From an uncultured Butyricicoccus sp. (GTDB lineage: Bacteria; Bacillota; Clostridia; Oscillospirales; Butyricicoccaceae), in contig CALWUO010000001.1 in the NCBI GenBank assembly GCA_944384745.1, positions 13,975-77,974 of the forward strand: a DNA stretch of 64,000 nt. Direction: 5' to 3'. Shown here piece by piece: positions 1 through 9,696 of the stretch (positions are counted from its first letter, which is position 1; each line of letters opens with the position of its first letter). Under the pieces are notes generated by a model. It saw nothing but the letters and a program-made list of their open reading frames with translations, did no database searches and was not told where the DNA came from. The position numbers were made by a program, and so were the translations under genes.

Positions 1-11
1 ATACTCTTTTT

Positions 12-1469
12 ATGACAGACTCCATGCGTAATGCACTTATAATATTAGTTTTAATAGTTATAGTTTTGGCAATTATCGCAAGGGGAAAACCAACAGGTAA
101 ACTAAGGATTTCATGTATAATTGTATGTTTAGCACTGCTTATACCTATGAAAACAGCATATACAGATGAAGATATATATACAAATAAAACAGAAAATATG
201 AAATATATAAATGAGTGGTCAGCAACAGAGGCATATATATCAAAAGGTTTTGTATATCCATTTATTTATAGTATAAAGGAAGCAATTAAACAACCGCCAG
301 AAAATTATAATGAAAAAGAAGCTAAAGCTATAATTGAAAGCTATACAAAAGAAGATATCCCAGAAGATAAAAAGGTAGATATAATAGGAATTATGCTTGA
401 AGCATATGCTGACTTTTCGGGATATGATAGTATAGAGTTTGAAGTAGACCCATATGAATATTATCATGAGCTTGAAGAAGAAAGCATTTCAGGAAATTTA
501 TACACTAATATTTTTGCAGGTGGCACAGTAAATTCTGAAAGAGCATTTTTAACTGGATTTTCTGAACAAGGCTCATTTAGAGGTCTTACAAATTCTTATG
601 CTTGGTATTTTTTAGACCAAGGATATACAGTTACAGGCAGTCACCCAAGTTATAACTGGTTTTATAACAGAGTTAACATAAATAAAAATTTAGGTTTTGA
701 AACATATAACTTCTTTGAAAATTATTATGCTGAACTTGCAGACGATGAAATAGCTATGGATAGAATTTTAATGCCAGAGATAGTTAATTTACATGAACAG
801 CATAAGGCGGAAAGTGATAAACCATATTTTTCATTTAATGTTACATATCAAGGTCACGGCCCTTATGGTACAGAACAAAATTATTATGGTACAGATTATG
901 TAAAATCAGGCATATATTCAGAGCAATCACAAAATATATTAAATAACTATTTTGGAACTATTGCAGATACAAATGAAAATTTAGAAAATTTGGTCGAGCA
1001 TTATAAAGAGTCAGATGACCCTGTTATATTGGTGTTATTTGGTGACCATAAACCATGGCTTGGAGATGGTAGTTCAGTTTATGCAGAGCTAGGTATAAAT
1101 CTAAATAACACAGATACAGAAAATAATGGTTTTAAAAATTATTATGCTACAAGATATTTAATTTGGGCAAATGATGCGGCAAAAGAGGTTTTAGACAATG
1201 ATTTTGTGGGAGATGGACCAGATATTGGACCATATTTCTTGATGAATTTGTTATTTAGAGAATGTGGCTGGAAAGGTCCAGAATATATGCAAGCAATAGA
1301 CGAAATAAGTCAGAAATTGCCTGTAATTAGTGAAAGTGGTCTTTATATGCTTGATGATGGCACTATAACAAAAGACCTACCAAAAGAATATAAGCAACTT
1401 GCATATAATTATGAGTGCTTGTCATTTTGTGAGCAAAATAACTTTAGATATAAATATCTAACGAAATAA
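12..1469 (+). CDS. LTA synthase/sulfatase-family membrane protein (alkaline-phosphatase superfamily); frame stays open to the window edge, so the true start may lie upstream
   Basis: 485-aa ORF with N-terminal hydrophobic helices and sulfatase-type motifs GGTVNSERAFLTGF and VLFGDHKPWLG. Confidence 0.6.
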   Translation: MTDSMRNALIILVLIVIVLAIIARGKPTGKLRISCIIVCLALLIPMKTAYTDEDIYTNKTENMKYINEWSATEAYISKGFVYPFIYSIKEAIKQPPENYNEKEAKAIIESYTKEDIPEDKKVDIIGIMLEAYADFSGYDSIEFEVDPYEYYHELEEESISGNLYTNIFAGGTVNSERAFLTGFSEQGSFRGLTNSYAWYFLDQGYTVTGSHPSYNWFYNRVNINKNLGFETYNFFENYYAELADDEIAMDRILMPEIVNLHEQHKAESDKPYFSFNVTYQGHGPYGTEQNYYGTDYVKSGIYSEQSQNILNNYFGTIADTNENLENLVEHYKESDDPVILVLFGDHKPWLGDGSSVYAELGINLNNTDTENNGFKNYYATRYLIWANDAAKEVLDNDFVGDGPDIGPYFLMNLLFRECGWKGPEYMQAIDEISQKLPVISESGLYMLDDGTITKDLPKEYKQLAYNYECLSFCEQNNFRYKYLTK

Positions 1470-1473
1470 AATT

Positions 1474-2814
1474 TTATTTCCAGCGTAAGCCCTTAGGAAA
1501 ATGGTTTTTAAGTGTGTTATTTGAAACTTTACCCCAACCAAGAGCAAAATTATCAACACATACAACTGTCCAACCGTTTTCCGCTTGAACATTTAAGCTT
1601 TCGCCCTTTAAATATTTAATTACATCATCATGTGAAAGATTTAAAGTTCTTGGCATATATTCTGGTTTCCATGCCATAGCAAATGCATGAGCTGGTTCAA
1701 ATCGACCTTTTTTAAGTGTGCCAAGCTCTAAACCATTTCTAAGCACTTTTAAACCTGTTAAATCTAGCGGGTGTCTAGTACACCAAATTCTATCACCCGC
1801 TTGAATAAATTTTATATCTTTGTCAAAACCCTTTATATCTTTTATAAAGTCTAACAGTGTGTCAGGGAGTTTTTTTAGAGTATCGCCCATTTTAGGGAGT
1901 TTTCTAGCTTCATTGCCTTTGCGTTTGAGCATTGCACAAAAATGACCTTCTCCAATTATTTTATGCGGAAACAATCTAAATGAATACTTAACACTTTCAT
2001 CTGCATTTTCATACCATTCAGGTTTCCCGCTTTCAAACATTGGGAAAATATCTGTTTTAACTATTTCAAAATCAGAATGGCTGTTTAAAAATCTAGTGAG
2101 TGTTCCCTCATTTTCCTCAGGTGCAAAAGTACAAGTGGAGTAAACAAGTCTGCCGCCTTTTCTTACCATTTTTGCGGCATCATTTAGTATTTCGTCTTGT
2201 CTATCTGCACATATTTGAGGTGATTGTGGTGTCCATTCACTGGTTGCAATCTCATCTTTTCTAAACATGCCCTCACCAGAACATGGAGCATCTACAACAA
2301 CACAGTCAAACATTTCTGGGAATTTGTTTGCAAGCTTTGCAGGGGTTTCATTTGTGACAATGCTATTTTCAATACCTGCTCGCTCTACATTTTGAGATAG
2401 TATTTTAACCCTTGTTGGGTGTATTTCATTGCATACAATAAGTTCGGCATTAGGTGCTAAATGTGTGCTTTTGCCTCCAGGGGCAGCACATAAATCAAGC
2501 ACCCATTCACCTTTTTTTATATCCGCAAGAGTACCAACCGCCATGGCACTAGGTTCTTGAATATAATAAAGTCCAGCCTCATAATATGGGTGTTTACCAG
2601 GTTTTTCATCACTAGGATAATAAAACCCCTGTTTGCACCATGGTACAGGTGTTAAACTAAAAACATTTTTAGCAGGAAAGTTTTCAAGTTGACAGCGTTT
2701 TTCATTTATACGAAGTCCATGTGCTCTAGGTTTTAATAAGCTTTGTTCAAAATCATTATATTCATCTCCTAGTAGTTTTTTCATTCTTTCGCAAAATTTC
2801 ATAGGAAGTGCCAT
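1474..2814 (-). CDS. RsmB/RsmF-type rRNA cytosine-C5 methyltransferase (NOL1/NOP2/Sun family)
   Basis: 446 aa; SAM-binding DLCAAPGGKSTH and catalytic DAPCSGEGMFRKD motifs; AAGGAG 7 nt upstream of the ATG. Confidence 0.8.
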   Translation of the reverse strand: MALPMKFCERMKKLLGDEYNDFEQSLLKPRAHGLRINEKRCQLENFPAKNVFSLTPVPWCKQGFYYPSDEKPGKHPYYEAGLYYIQEPSAMAVGTLADIKKGEWVLDLCAAPGGKSTHLAPNAELIVCNEIHPTRVKILSQNVERAGIENSIVTNETPAKLANKFPEMFDCVVVDAPCSGEGMFRKDEIATSEWTPQSPQICADRQDEILNDAAKMVRKGGRLVYSTCTFAPEENEGTLTRFLNSHSDFEIVKTDIFPMFESGKPEWYENADESVKYSFRLFPHKIIGEGHFCAMLKRKGNEARKLPKMGDTLKKLPDTLLDFIKDIKGFDKDIKFIQAGDRIWCTRHPLDLTGLKVLRNGLELGTLKKGRFEPAHAFAMAWKPEYMPRTLNLSHDDVIKYLKGESLNVQAENGWTVVCVDNFALGWGKVSNNTLKNHFPKGLRWK

Positions 2815-2873
2815 ATTTTTCTCCTTATATATAAAGCGGTGTGTTTAGAACACACCGCCTTTTAATTTTTTAA

Positions 2874-4976
2874 TTATACATAAAATAGTATTTGACCATA
2901 AGTAGGGAATGGCCAATCCTTTTCACCGACAATAGTTTCAAGTTCATCAGCAATAGTTCTCAAGTTTTCCATGTTTGGAATAACATTATCACGGAAATAT
3001 TCTGAACGTTCAATAATAGAAACATTTTCAGGAGCATTGTTAACTGACTGTTTTAGTTTATCAATGGCATTTAACATAACTGCCATATCATCAGTGATTT
3101 TTTTAGCTATCTTGACTTCAGCAGGTGAGTCAAGACCAATGCTTTTCTTAACAGCGACATTATTTGAAACTTTACCAGAATAATCAACACAAGCAGGCAT
3201 AATCTGGCGAGTTGCCATATCTACCATGGTTAAAGCTTCAATATTTATTGTTTTGCAATATTCTTCAAGTAGAATTTCTTCACGTGACTCAAGTTCGGTT
3301 GCAGTACAAATGCCATGACGAGCGAGCAGTTTAACATTCTTTTCATCTGTGTAATGTTTAAGTGCGTCAGGTGTGGTTTTTAGGTTCATAAGACCACGCT
3401 GTTCAGCAGCTTTCTGCCATTCATCGCTGTAACCATTGCCATTAAATACAATTTGACGATGGTTTTTAAGTTCTCTTTGAATAAGAGCGGCAAGTGCTTT
3501 ATCAAAATTAGCAGCTCCAGCGGCTTCAAGTTCATCAGCAAACTGACGTAGAGAGTCAGCAACAGCGGTATTTAATATAAAGTTAGTACAAGCGATATTG
3601 AAAGAAGAACCAGGCATACGGAATTCAAATTTATTTCCAGTGAAAGCAAAAGGAGAAGTTCTGTTTCTATCAGTTGTATCTTTTGGAATTGGTGGTAAAG
3701 CGGATACACCAATATTCATCATAGTTTTTTCCACATCAGTGTAATCAATTTCACGAACTATGGCATCTAAAATGGCCTCAAGCTCATCACCAACAAATAT
3801 GGAAATAATAGCAGGAGGGGCTTCAGATGCACCTAAACGGTGGTCATTACCAGCAGATGCCGCAGAAATACGCAGTAAATCCTGATATTCATCAACAGCT
3901 TTAATAACAGCGGTTAAGAACAGTATAAACTGTGCATTTGCATGAGGAGTTGAACCTGGTTCAAGCAGATTTTCACCCTTATCAGTGGAGATAGACCAGT
4001 TATTATGCTTACCAGAACCGTTAATGCCTGCAAATGGCTTTTCATGAAGCAAACATACAAAATCATGTTTATCAGCAACACGCTTCATAACTTCCATAGT
4101 AAGTTGGTTATGGTCGGTTGCAACATTGGTTGTTTCAAATACAGGAGCCATTTCATGCTGACAAGGAGCAACTTCATTATGTTCAGTTTTAGAAGTTATA
4201 CCAAGTTTCCAAAGCTCATCATCAAGTTCTTCCATAAATGCTTTAACTCGTGGACGGATAGAACCGAAATAATGGTCTTCCATTTCCTGACCTTTTGGAG
4301 CTTTTGCACCAAAAAGAGTACGACCAGTGAAAATAAGGTCTTGACGTTTAGCATAATCGGATTTATTAATTAAGAAATATTCTTGTTCTGCACCGACAGT
4401 TGTGTTTACACGTCGGCAGTCTTTGCCAAACATTTTAAGTACACGGCAAGCTTGGTGACTGATTGCGTCCATAGAACGCAGTAAAGGGGTTTTTTTATCG
4501 AGAATTTCGCCTGTATAAGAGCAGAAAGCAGTTGGGATACAAAGTGTATCATCTTTAATAAAAGCGTAGCTAGTAGGGTCCCAAGCGGTGTAACCTCTAG
4601 CCTCAAAAGTAGCTCTTAGACCGCCAGAAGGGAAAGAAGAAGCATCAGGTTCACCCTTAATTAGTTCTTTGCCTGAAAACTCCATAATAACACTACAATT
4701 ATCAATAGGGGTTATAAAGCTGTCATGTTTTTCAGCAGTAAAACCAGTCATTGGCTGAAACCAATGGGTATAATGTGTTGCACCCTTTGATATAGCCCAA
4801 TCTTTCATTGCATTAGCAACAACATTTGCTATTGTAGGGTCGATAGCAGTTCCTTCATCTGCTGTGCGAATAAGAGCCTTATAAACCTCTTTAGGCAAAC
4901 GCTCCTTCATAACTTTTTCATTAAAAACCATACTGCCAAACATTTCTGGCACACGTTTCATTTCACAAGATTCCAT
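2874..4976 (-). CDS. glnN: glutamine synthetase, type III
   Basis: 700-aa ORF with the size and sequence character of GSIII enzymes; AGGAGG 10 nt upstream of the ATG. Confidence 0.8.
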   Translation of the reverse strand: MESCEMKRVPEMFGSMVFNEKVMKERLPKEVYKALIRTADEGTAIDPTIANVVANAMKDWAISKGATHYTHWFQPMTGFTAEKHDSFITPIDNCSVIMEFSGKELIKGEPDASSFPSGGLRATFEARGYTAWDPTSYAFIKDDTLCIPTAFCSYTGEILDKKTPLLRSMDAISHQACRVLKMFGKDCRRVNTTVGAEQEYFLINKSDYAKRQDLIFTGRTLFGAKAPKGQEMEDHYFGSIRPRVKAFMEELDDELWKLGITSKTEHNEVAPCQHEMAPVFETTNVATDHNQLTMEVMKRVADKHDFVCLLHEKPFAGINGSGKHNNWSISTDKGENLLEPGSTPHANAQFILFLTAVIKAVDEYQDLLRISAASAGNDHRLGASEAPPAIISIFVGDELEAILDAIVREIDYTDVEKTMMNIGVSALPPIPKDTTDRNRTSPFAFTGNKFEFRMPGSSFNIACTNFILNTAVADSLRQFADELEAAGAANFDKALAALIQRELKNHRQIVFNGNGYSDEWQKAAEQRGLMNLKTTPDALKHYTDEKNVKLLARHGICTATELESREEILLEEYCKTINIEALTMVDMATRQIMPACVDYSGKVSNNVAVKKSIGLDSPAEVKIAKKITDDMAVMLNAIDKLKQSVNNAPENVSIIERSEYFRDNVIPNMENLRTIADELETIVGEKDWPFPTYGQILFYV

Positions 4977-5336
4977 TGGCTACGAACCTCCTAATTTACA
5001 ATAAAATCAAAACTACTTTACATTATAGGTTTTTTTTTCTATTTTCGTCAAGTGTACAATGGCTAATAATTAGCTATTTTTGAATATTCCACGCATTTAA
5101 CGAATATGGATATATCATGTATAAGTAATCTATGCAAATTGCGTACATTTAGCACTACAAAATGATGAAAGTCTGTTTGTAATGTAAAAATCTTCTTGAT
5201 TATATGATAAAATGCGTCATTTATTTGAAAACTGCCCTTTTGCTGTGTTATAATAACTGCATGTTGTATTATGAAAGAATATGCATATTAAGTGAATTTT
5301 ATTAAATGCTTATATGTGAAGGGAGTAAAGAATTTT

Positions 5337-6182
5337 ATGAAACTATCATTTACCAAAATGCATGGCTGTGGTAATGATTATGTTTATTTTAACTGTTTTT
5401 CAGCCGAAGTTCCAAATCCTGAAAAATTAGCTGTAACTTTATCTGACCACCATTTTGGAATTGGTGGAGATGGTATAATTTTAATCTGCCCATCAGATGT
5501 AGCAGATGCAAAAATGCGTATGTTTAATGCAGATGGTTCTGAAGGCAAAATGTGCGGAAATGGTATACGTTGTGTAGGTAAATATCTATATGATTATGGT
5601 ATGATTTCTGGAAAAACTGAAATTACAGTTGAAACTTTAAGTGGGATTAAAACTCTTCAGCTTTACCCTGAAAACGGCAAAGTAAAAACCGTTCGTGTTG
5701 ATATGGGTGCAGCAATGTTAAACCCTAAAGACATACCTGTTTATTTAGATGGTGAGCGTGTTGTAGATGCTCCACTGGTAATAGATGAAAAAGTATATCA
5801 TATAACTTGTGTATCAATGGGAAATCCACACTGCGTTGTATTTGTAAAAGAAGATGTGGACAGTTTAGACCTTGAGCGAATTGGTCCTAAATTTGAAAAT
5901 AATCCATTATTCCCAGAGAGAGTAAACACAGAATTTGTCAATATTCTATCTGATGGCACGCTTAAAATGAGAGTTTGGGAACGTGGCAGCGGTGAAACAT
6001 GGGCATGTGGTACTGGTGCTTGTGCGGTTGGTGTTACTGCTGTGCTTTCTGGCTTATTTAAAAAGGGTGAAGATATAACAGTTCATCTGCGTGGCGGTGA
6101 TTTGACTATAAATTATACAGACCAAACTGTTTTAATGACAGGTCCTGCTACAACTGTGTTTGAAGGTACAATTGAAATTTAA
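5337..6182 (+). CDS. dapF: diaminopimelate epimerase
   Basis: N-terminal MHGCGNDY; both catalytic Cys motifs NADGSEGKMCGNGIRC and GETWACGTGACA; start moved to the internal ATG after a GGGAG SD. Confidence 0.9.
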   Translation: MKLSFTKMHGCGNDYVYFNCFSAEVPNPEKLAVTLSDHHFGIGGDGIILICPSDVADAKMRMFNADGSEGKMCGNGIRCVGKYLYDYGMISGKTEITVETLSGIKTLQLYPENGKVKTVRVDMGAAMLNPKDIPVYLDGERVVDAPLVIDEKVYHITCVSMGNPHCVVFVKEDVDSLDLERIGPKFENNPLFPERVNTEFVNILSDGTLKMRVWERGSGETWACGTGACAVGVTAVLSGLFKKGEDITVHLRGGDLTINYTDQTVLMTGPATTVFEGTIEI

Positions 6183-6212
6183 AATCTATTTATTTAGAAA
6201 GGATTGTTAAAT

Positions 6213-7397
6213 ATGAAGTTAAATGAAAATTACAAGAAGTTAGAGGATAGTTATTTATTTTCTACAATTTCCCGCAAGGTTGGTGAATATGGAGAGAAAA
6301 ACCCAGATGCAAAAATTATTCGCCTTGGTATTGGTGATGTAACTTTGCCACTTGCACCAGCTGTTGTTAAAGCAATGCAAGATGCACTTTGTGAAATGAG
6401 TGTACAAGAGTCTTTCCATGGCTATGGTCCAGAACAGGGATATTCTTTTCTGAAAAATCAAATTCAAGAATACTATGCTAGTCGCAACACTCAATTAGAG
6501 GCTGACGAAATTTTTATTTCTGATGGTGCAAAGAGTGATTTAGGTAATATACTTGATTTATTTGATGCAGATAATACTGTACTTATTCCAGACCCAGTTT
6601 ATCCTGTATATGTTGATACCAACACAATGGCAGGAAGAAACATTGTATTTATGGACGCAAATGAAGAAAATGGTTTCTTACCTCTACCAGATGAGTCCAT
6701 TGATGCAGATATTATTTATTTATGTTCTCCAAATAACCCAACAGGTGCGGTTTATGACCGTGAGGGTTTAAAAGCATGGGTTGACTATGCAAACCGTAAG
6801 AATGCAATTATTCTTTTTGATGCAGCATATGAATGTTTTATCGTAGAAAAGGACCTTCCACGTTCTATTTATGAGATTGAGGGTGCAAAAACATGTGCGA
6901 TTGAGTTCTGTTCATTTTCTAAAACAGCAGGATTTACTGGTACTCGTTGTGGTTATACAATCGTACCATTTGCACTGGAACGCAACGGAATGAGCTTGCA
7001 TAAAATGTGGTTACGTCGTCAGACAACCAAGTTTAATGGTGTGCCATATATTGTTCAGCGTGGTGCAGCCGCTGTATTTAGCGAAGAGGGTCAAAAACAA
7101 ATTTATGAAACCCTTGAATATTACAAGGAAAATGCAAAGGTACTTGCAAAAACACTTGATGAGCTTGGTATTTGGTATACAGGCGGTAAGAATAGCCCAT
7201 ACTTATGGTTAAAGTGTCCAAATAATATGGATTCCTGGACATTCTTTGATTATTTGCTTGAGAATGCTCATGTTGTTGGTACTCCAGGAGCAGGCTTTGG
7301 CAAGAATGGTGATAAATTCTTCCGTTTAACCGCTTTTGGTGATAAGCAAAAGACTATTGAGGCGGCTGAGAGAATTAAAAATCTGCTTTCTAAGTAA
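6213..7397 (+). CDS. dapL: LL-diaminopimelate aminotransferase
   Basis: About 394 aa class I aminotransferase; N-terminus NENYKKLEDSYLF and PLP-lysine motif SFSKTAGFTGTRCGY; adjacent to dapF. Confidence 0.8.
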   Translation: MKLNENYKKLEDSYLFSTISRKVGEYGEKNPDAKIIRLGIGDVTLPLAPAVVKAMQDALCEMSVQESFHGYGPEQGYSFLKNQIQEYYASRNTQLEADEIFISDGAKSDLGNILDLFDADNTVLIPDPVYPVYVDTNTMAGRNIVFMDANEENGFLPLPDESIDADIIYLCSPNNPTGAVYDREGLKAWVDYANRKNAIILFDAAYECFIVEKDLPRSIYEIEGAKTCAIEFCSFSKTAGFTGTRCGYTIVPFALERNGMSLHKMWLRRQTTKFNGVPYIVQRGAAAVFSEEGQKQIYETLEYYKENAKVLAKTLDELGIWYTGGKNSPYLWLKCPNNMDSWTFFDYLLENAHVVGTPGAGFGKNGDKFFRLTAFGDKQKTIEAAERIKNLLSK

Positions 7398-7457
7398 AAA
7401 ATATACGCTGTGGCAAAGTTTTGTCACAGCGTTTTCTATAAAAAGGAGTTTAAATAT

Positions 7458-8114
7458 ATGTATTTATTATTCGATTTAGATGGAACGCTTACAGATTCAC
7501 AACTAGGTATAACACGCTCGGTCGATTATGCACTTAGAACAGTTATGGATATAAAAACCGAAGATTTATCAACACTTACAAATTATATAGGGCCGCCACT
7601 TATAAATGGTTTTATGGAAAATCATCATGCAGATTTAGAAACCTCTAAAAAATGTGTTAAAGCATATAGAGAGCGTTATGAAAAAATCGGACTTTTAGAA
7701 CTTGAAGTTTATAAAGGGATACCAGAAATGTTGGAAACGCTTTATAAAGCGGGTTTTAAACTTGCGGTTGCCACATCTAAACCAGAAGTTTTTGCAAGAC
7801 AAATATTAAAAAATATAAATCTAGCTGATTATTTTGAAACAATATGCGGTGCAACTCTTGATGGAAAGATAGATACAAAAGATGAGGTTATAGCAGAGGT
7901 TTTAAACCGTCTTACTGACTTAGAAAAAGATAAATGTTTAATGATAGGGGATAGAAAGCATGATATAGAGGGTGCAAAAAAGCATAATATAAAGGGGATA
8001 GGCGTTTTATGGGGATTTGGCACAAAAAAAGAGCTTGAAAATGCAGGAGCATACAAACTCTTTGAAAAACCAGATGAACTTACAAATTGGATAGTATCAA
8101 AAAAGGACTGCTAA
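7458..8114 (+). CDS. HAD-superfamily hydrolase (phosphoglycolate phosphatase-like)
   Basis: DLDGTLTDS motif I at the N-terminus; GDRKHDIEGA motif near the C-terminus; AAGGAG upstream of the internal ATG. Confidence 0.75.
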   Translation: MYLLFDLDGTLTDSQLGITRSVDYALRTVMDIKTEDLSTLTNYIGPPLINGFMENHHADLETSKKCVKAYRERYEKIGLLELEVYKGIPEMLETLYKAGFKLAVATSKPEVFARQILKNINLADYFETICGATLDGKIDTKDEVIAEVLNRLTDLEKDKCLMIGDRKHDIEGAKKHNIKGIGVLWGFGTKKELENAGAYKLFEKPDELTNWIVSKKDC

Positions 8115-8126
8115 AAAGCAGTCCTT
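8095..8126 (-). terminator. terminator of the rpsF-ssb-rpsR operon
   Basis: Stem AAGGACTGC/GCAGTCCTT followed by TTTTTT on the minus strand; overlaps the stop of the convergent HAD gene. Confidence 0.75.
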
Positions 8127-8141
8127 AAAAAAGCTAAATTA

Positions 8142-8405
8142 TTATTCTGCGGTGAAAGGCAGAAGAGCAACATGACGAGCACGCTTAATTGCTTCAGTCA
8201 GTTGACGCTGATGTTTAGCACAAGTGCCAGTCATACGACGAGGCAAAATCTTGCCACGCTCAGACATATAACGCTTTAGCTTTGCAACATCTTTATAATC
8301 AATGCACTCCACTTTGTCTACACAGAAAGTACAAACTTTTCTGCGACGACGACCGCCACGCTGACGGTCAGCACGAGGAGCAAATTCCTTTTTGGTTTCT
8401 TCCAT
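8142..8405 (-). CDS. rpsR: 30S ribosomal protein S18
   Basis: Conserved CxFC...IDYKD...[15 protein letters not shown] sequence; last gene of the rpsF-ssb-rpsR operon. Confidence 0.95.
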   Translation of the reverse strand: MEETKKEFAPRADRQRGGRRRRKVCTFCVDKVECIDYKDVAKLKRYMSERGKILPRRMTGTCAKHQRQLTEAIKRARHVALLPFTAE

Positions 8406-8467
8406 TGCCAAGTACCTCCTTTATAGAATGAGCAGCACAGCTGCAAGTTCAGGATAAAAAACTATTT

Positions 8468-8953
8468 TTAGAATGGCACATCGCCATCGTCATCGCCAAG
8501 TTCTGCGAAATCTGAATCACCAATAGGTAAATCAAAAGCAGGGGCAGAATAGTTATTGTTACCCTCTGAACGGATTTGCGAACCATTGTCATAGCTGCTA
8601 TTATTATCATAACCGCTATTTGCTTCACGAGATTTTTTAGTTTCACCAAAAGAAATCTCATCGACATTTATTTCGATGGTTGTACGCTTATTTCCGTTTT
8701 TGTCCTCCCATTGACGGGACTGAATACGACCCACAACAATAGCGAGCATACCTTTTGTAAACCACTGTTTTACGAATTCTCCTTGACGACCCCATGCAAC
8801 ACAGTCGATGAAATCGGTTTGAAATTCGCCATTAGCATTTTTTCTATCACGATTTACCGCAAGAGTAAAAGATGCAACAGCCATATTACTTTGTGTATGA
8901 CGCAGCTCTGGGTCACGAGTCAAACGACCCATCAGAATTGCTTTATTTAGCAT
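8468..8953 (-). CDS. ssb: single-stranded DNA-binding protein
   Basis: MLNKAILMGRLTRDPELR OB-fold N-terminus, Gly/Asn/Ser-rich linker and acidic tail DDDGDVPF. Confidence 0.95.
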   Translation of the reverse strand: MLNKAILMGRLTRDPELRHTQSNMAVASFTLAVNRDRKNANGEFQTDFIDCVAWGRQGEFVKQWFTKGMLAIVVGRIQSRQWEDKNGNKRTTIEINVDEISFGETKKSREANSGYDNNSSYDNGSQIRSEGNNNYSAPAFDLPIGDSDFAELGDDDGDVPF

Positions 8954-8968
8954 TTCAATTCACCAGCC

Positions 8969-9262
8969 TTAGTCGAGAGTAACGATGATTGAACGCATAA
9001 CACCGTCAGTAATCTTGAACACACGGTCAAGCTCAGCAGGGAAAGCTGGAGCAGAAGTGAACTGAATTAGGGTGTAATAGCCCTCAGTCAGGTCATTGAT
9101 AGCATAAGCCATGCGACGCTTGCCCCAATCCTCAACTTTGTCAACGGTACCGTTAGCTTCAACAAGAGACTTGAACTTGTTTACAACTGCAGCAGTCTCA
9201 TCATCACCCAGATTTGGGTTAACGATAAAGAGAGTCTCGTATTTACCAGTTACCTTTGCCAT
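8969..9262 (-). CDS. rpsF: 30S ribosomal protein S6
   Basis: KYETLFIVNPNL...WGKRRMAYAIND signature; start set at MAKVTGKYE after an AAGGAGG SD. Confidence 0.95.
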   Translation of the reverse strand: MAKVTGKYETLFIVNPNLGDDETAAVVNKFKSLVEANGTVDKVEDWGKRRMAYAINDLTEGYYTLIQFTSAPAFPAELDRVFKITDGVMRSIIVTLD

Positions 9263-9326
9263 TTTAGCACCTCCTTTTGGACTTTTAAGGCCCACATACC
9301 TTTATGTGAGCAAGGATACTCCTAAT

Positions 9327-9354
9327 ATTATATAGATTTTATGGCAAATGTCAA
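9327..9354 (-). promoter_or_regulatory. sigma-A type promoter of the rpsF-ssb-rpsR operon
   Basis: On the minus strand, TTGACA (9354-9349), 16-nt spacer, TATAAT (9332-9327). Confidence 0.6.
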
Positions 9355-9385
9355 TAGAAAAATCGCAATTTATCAATAAATTTCA

Positions 9386-9414
9386 TTGACGTTTCAAACA
9401 AAATATGTTAGAAT
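9386..9414 (+). promoter_or_regulatory. strong sigma-A promoter, presumably the original host tRNA-Thr promoter, now upstream of only a tRNA 5' fragment
   Basis: TTGACG (9386-9391), 17-nt spacer, extended -10 TGtTAGAAT (9406-9414); the tRNA-like sequence starts about 18 nt after the predicted start site. Confidence 0.7.
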
Positions 9415-9436
9415 GTATGCGTTTGAATATTGTATT

Positions 9437-9477
9437 TTGCTACTGTAGCTCAGTTGGTAGAGCATCTCCCTCGTAAT
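9437..9477 (+). repeat. left 41-bp direct repeat (attL core) of the integrative element
   Basis: ttGCTACTGTAGCTCAGTtGGTAGAGCATCTCCCTCGTAAT recurs at 22127-22167 with one mismatch. Confidence 0.85.
9439..9477 (+). pseudogene. truncated tRNA-Thr(CGU), 5' half only (nt 1-39: acceptor 5' strand, D-arm, anticodon stem-loop)
   Basis: Identical to nt 1-39 of the complete tRNA at 22129-22204 except T9455 versus C22145; no T-arm or 3' acceptor strand follows. Confidence 0.85.
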
Positions 9478-9552
9478 AAAACAGTCAGAAATGGATATTT
9501 ATGCATTAAGGCATATTATTATGAACATATAAATACAAACTTTTATAACACT

Positions 9553-9590
9553 AAACCCCTATGTTTATTGATTAACATAGGGGTTTTTAA
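9553..9590 (+). terminator. rho-independent terminator at the left edge of the element, facing the host tRNA promoter
   Basis: 12-bp stem AACCCCTATGTT/AACATAGGGGTT with an 8-nt loop, followed by a T-run (GGGGTTTTTAATATTT). Confidence 0.7.
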
Positions 9591-9676
9591 TATTTCTAAC
9601 ACATATAAACCATAAGTACAATATTGTAATATAACAGCATTATGCAATCAATTTGCATATATTCATTACATAACAG

Positions 9677-9696
9677 GTTTGCCACTGTTTGCCACT
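9677..9696 (+). repeat. tandem GTTTGCCACT x2; candidate integrase arm-type site (partner at 21986-22005)
   Basis: GTTTGCCACTGTTTGCCACT abuts the integrase stop codon; a near-identical tandem pair sits at the other end of the element in the same orientation. Confidence 0.55.

Noticed and set aside
4005-4373. A 122-aa plus-strand ORF (and the 2971-3183 and 4406-4606 ORFs) inside the glutamine synthetase gene
   Set aside because: It lies entirely within or antisense to a long, well-supported CDS. It has no SD and a low-complexity, odd composition. These are typical shadow ORFs.
9430-9615. ORFs that read through tRNA sequence (9430-9615 and 22072-22314)
   Set aside because: They translate the tRNA or tRNA-fragment and terminator hairpins (both contain ATVAQxVEHLPRN from the same tRNA bases). 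They are not genes.
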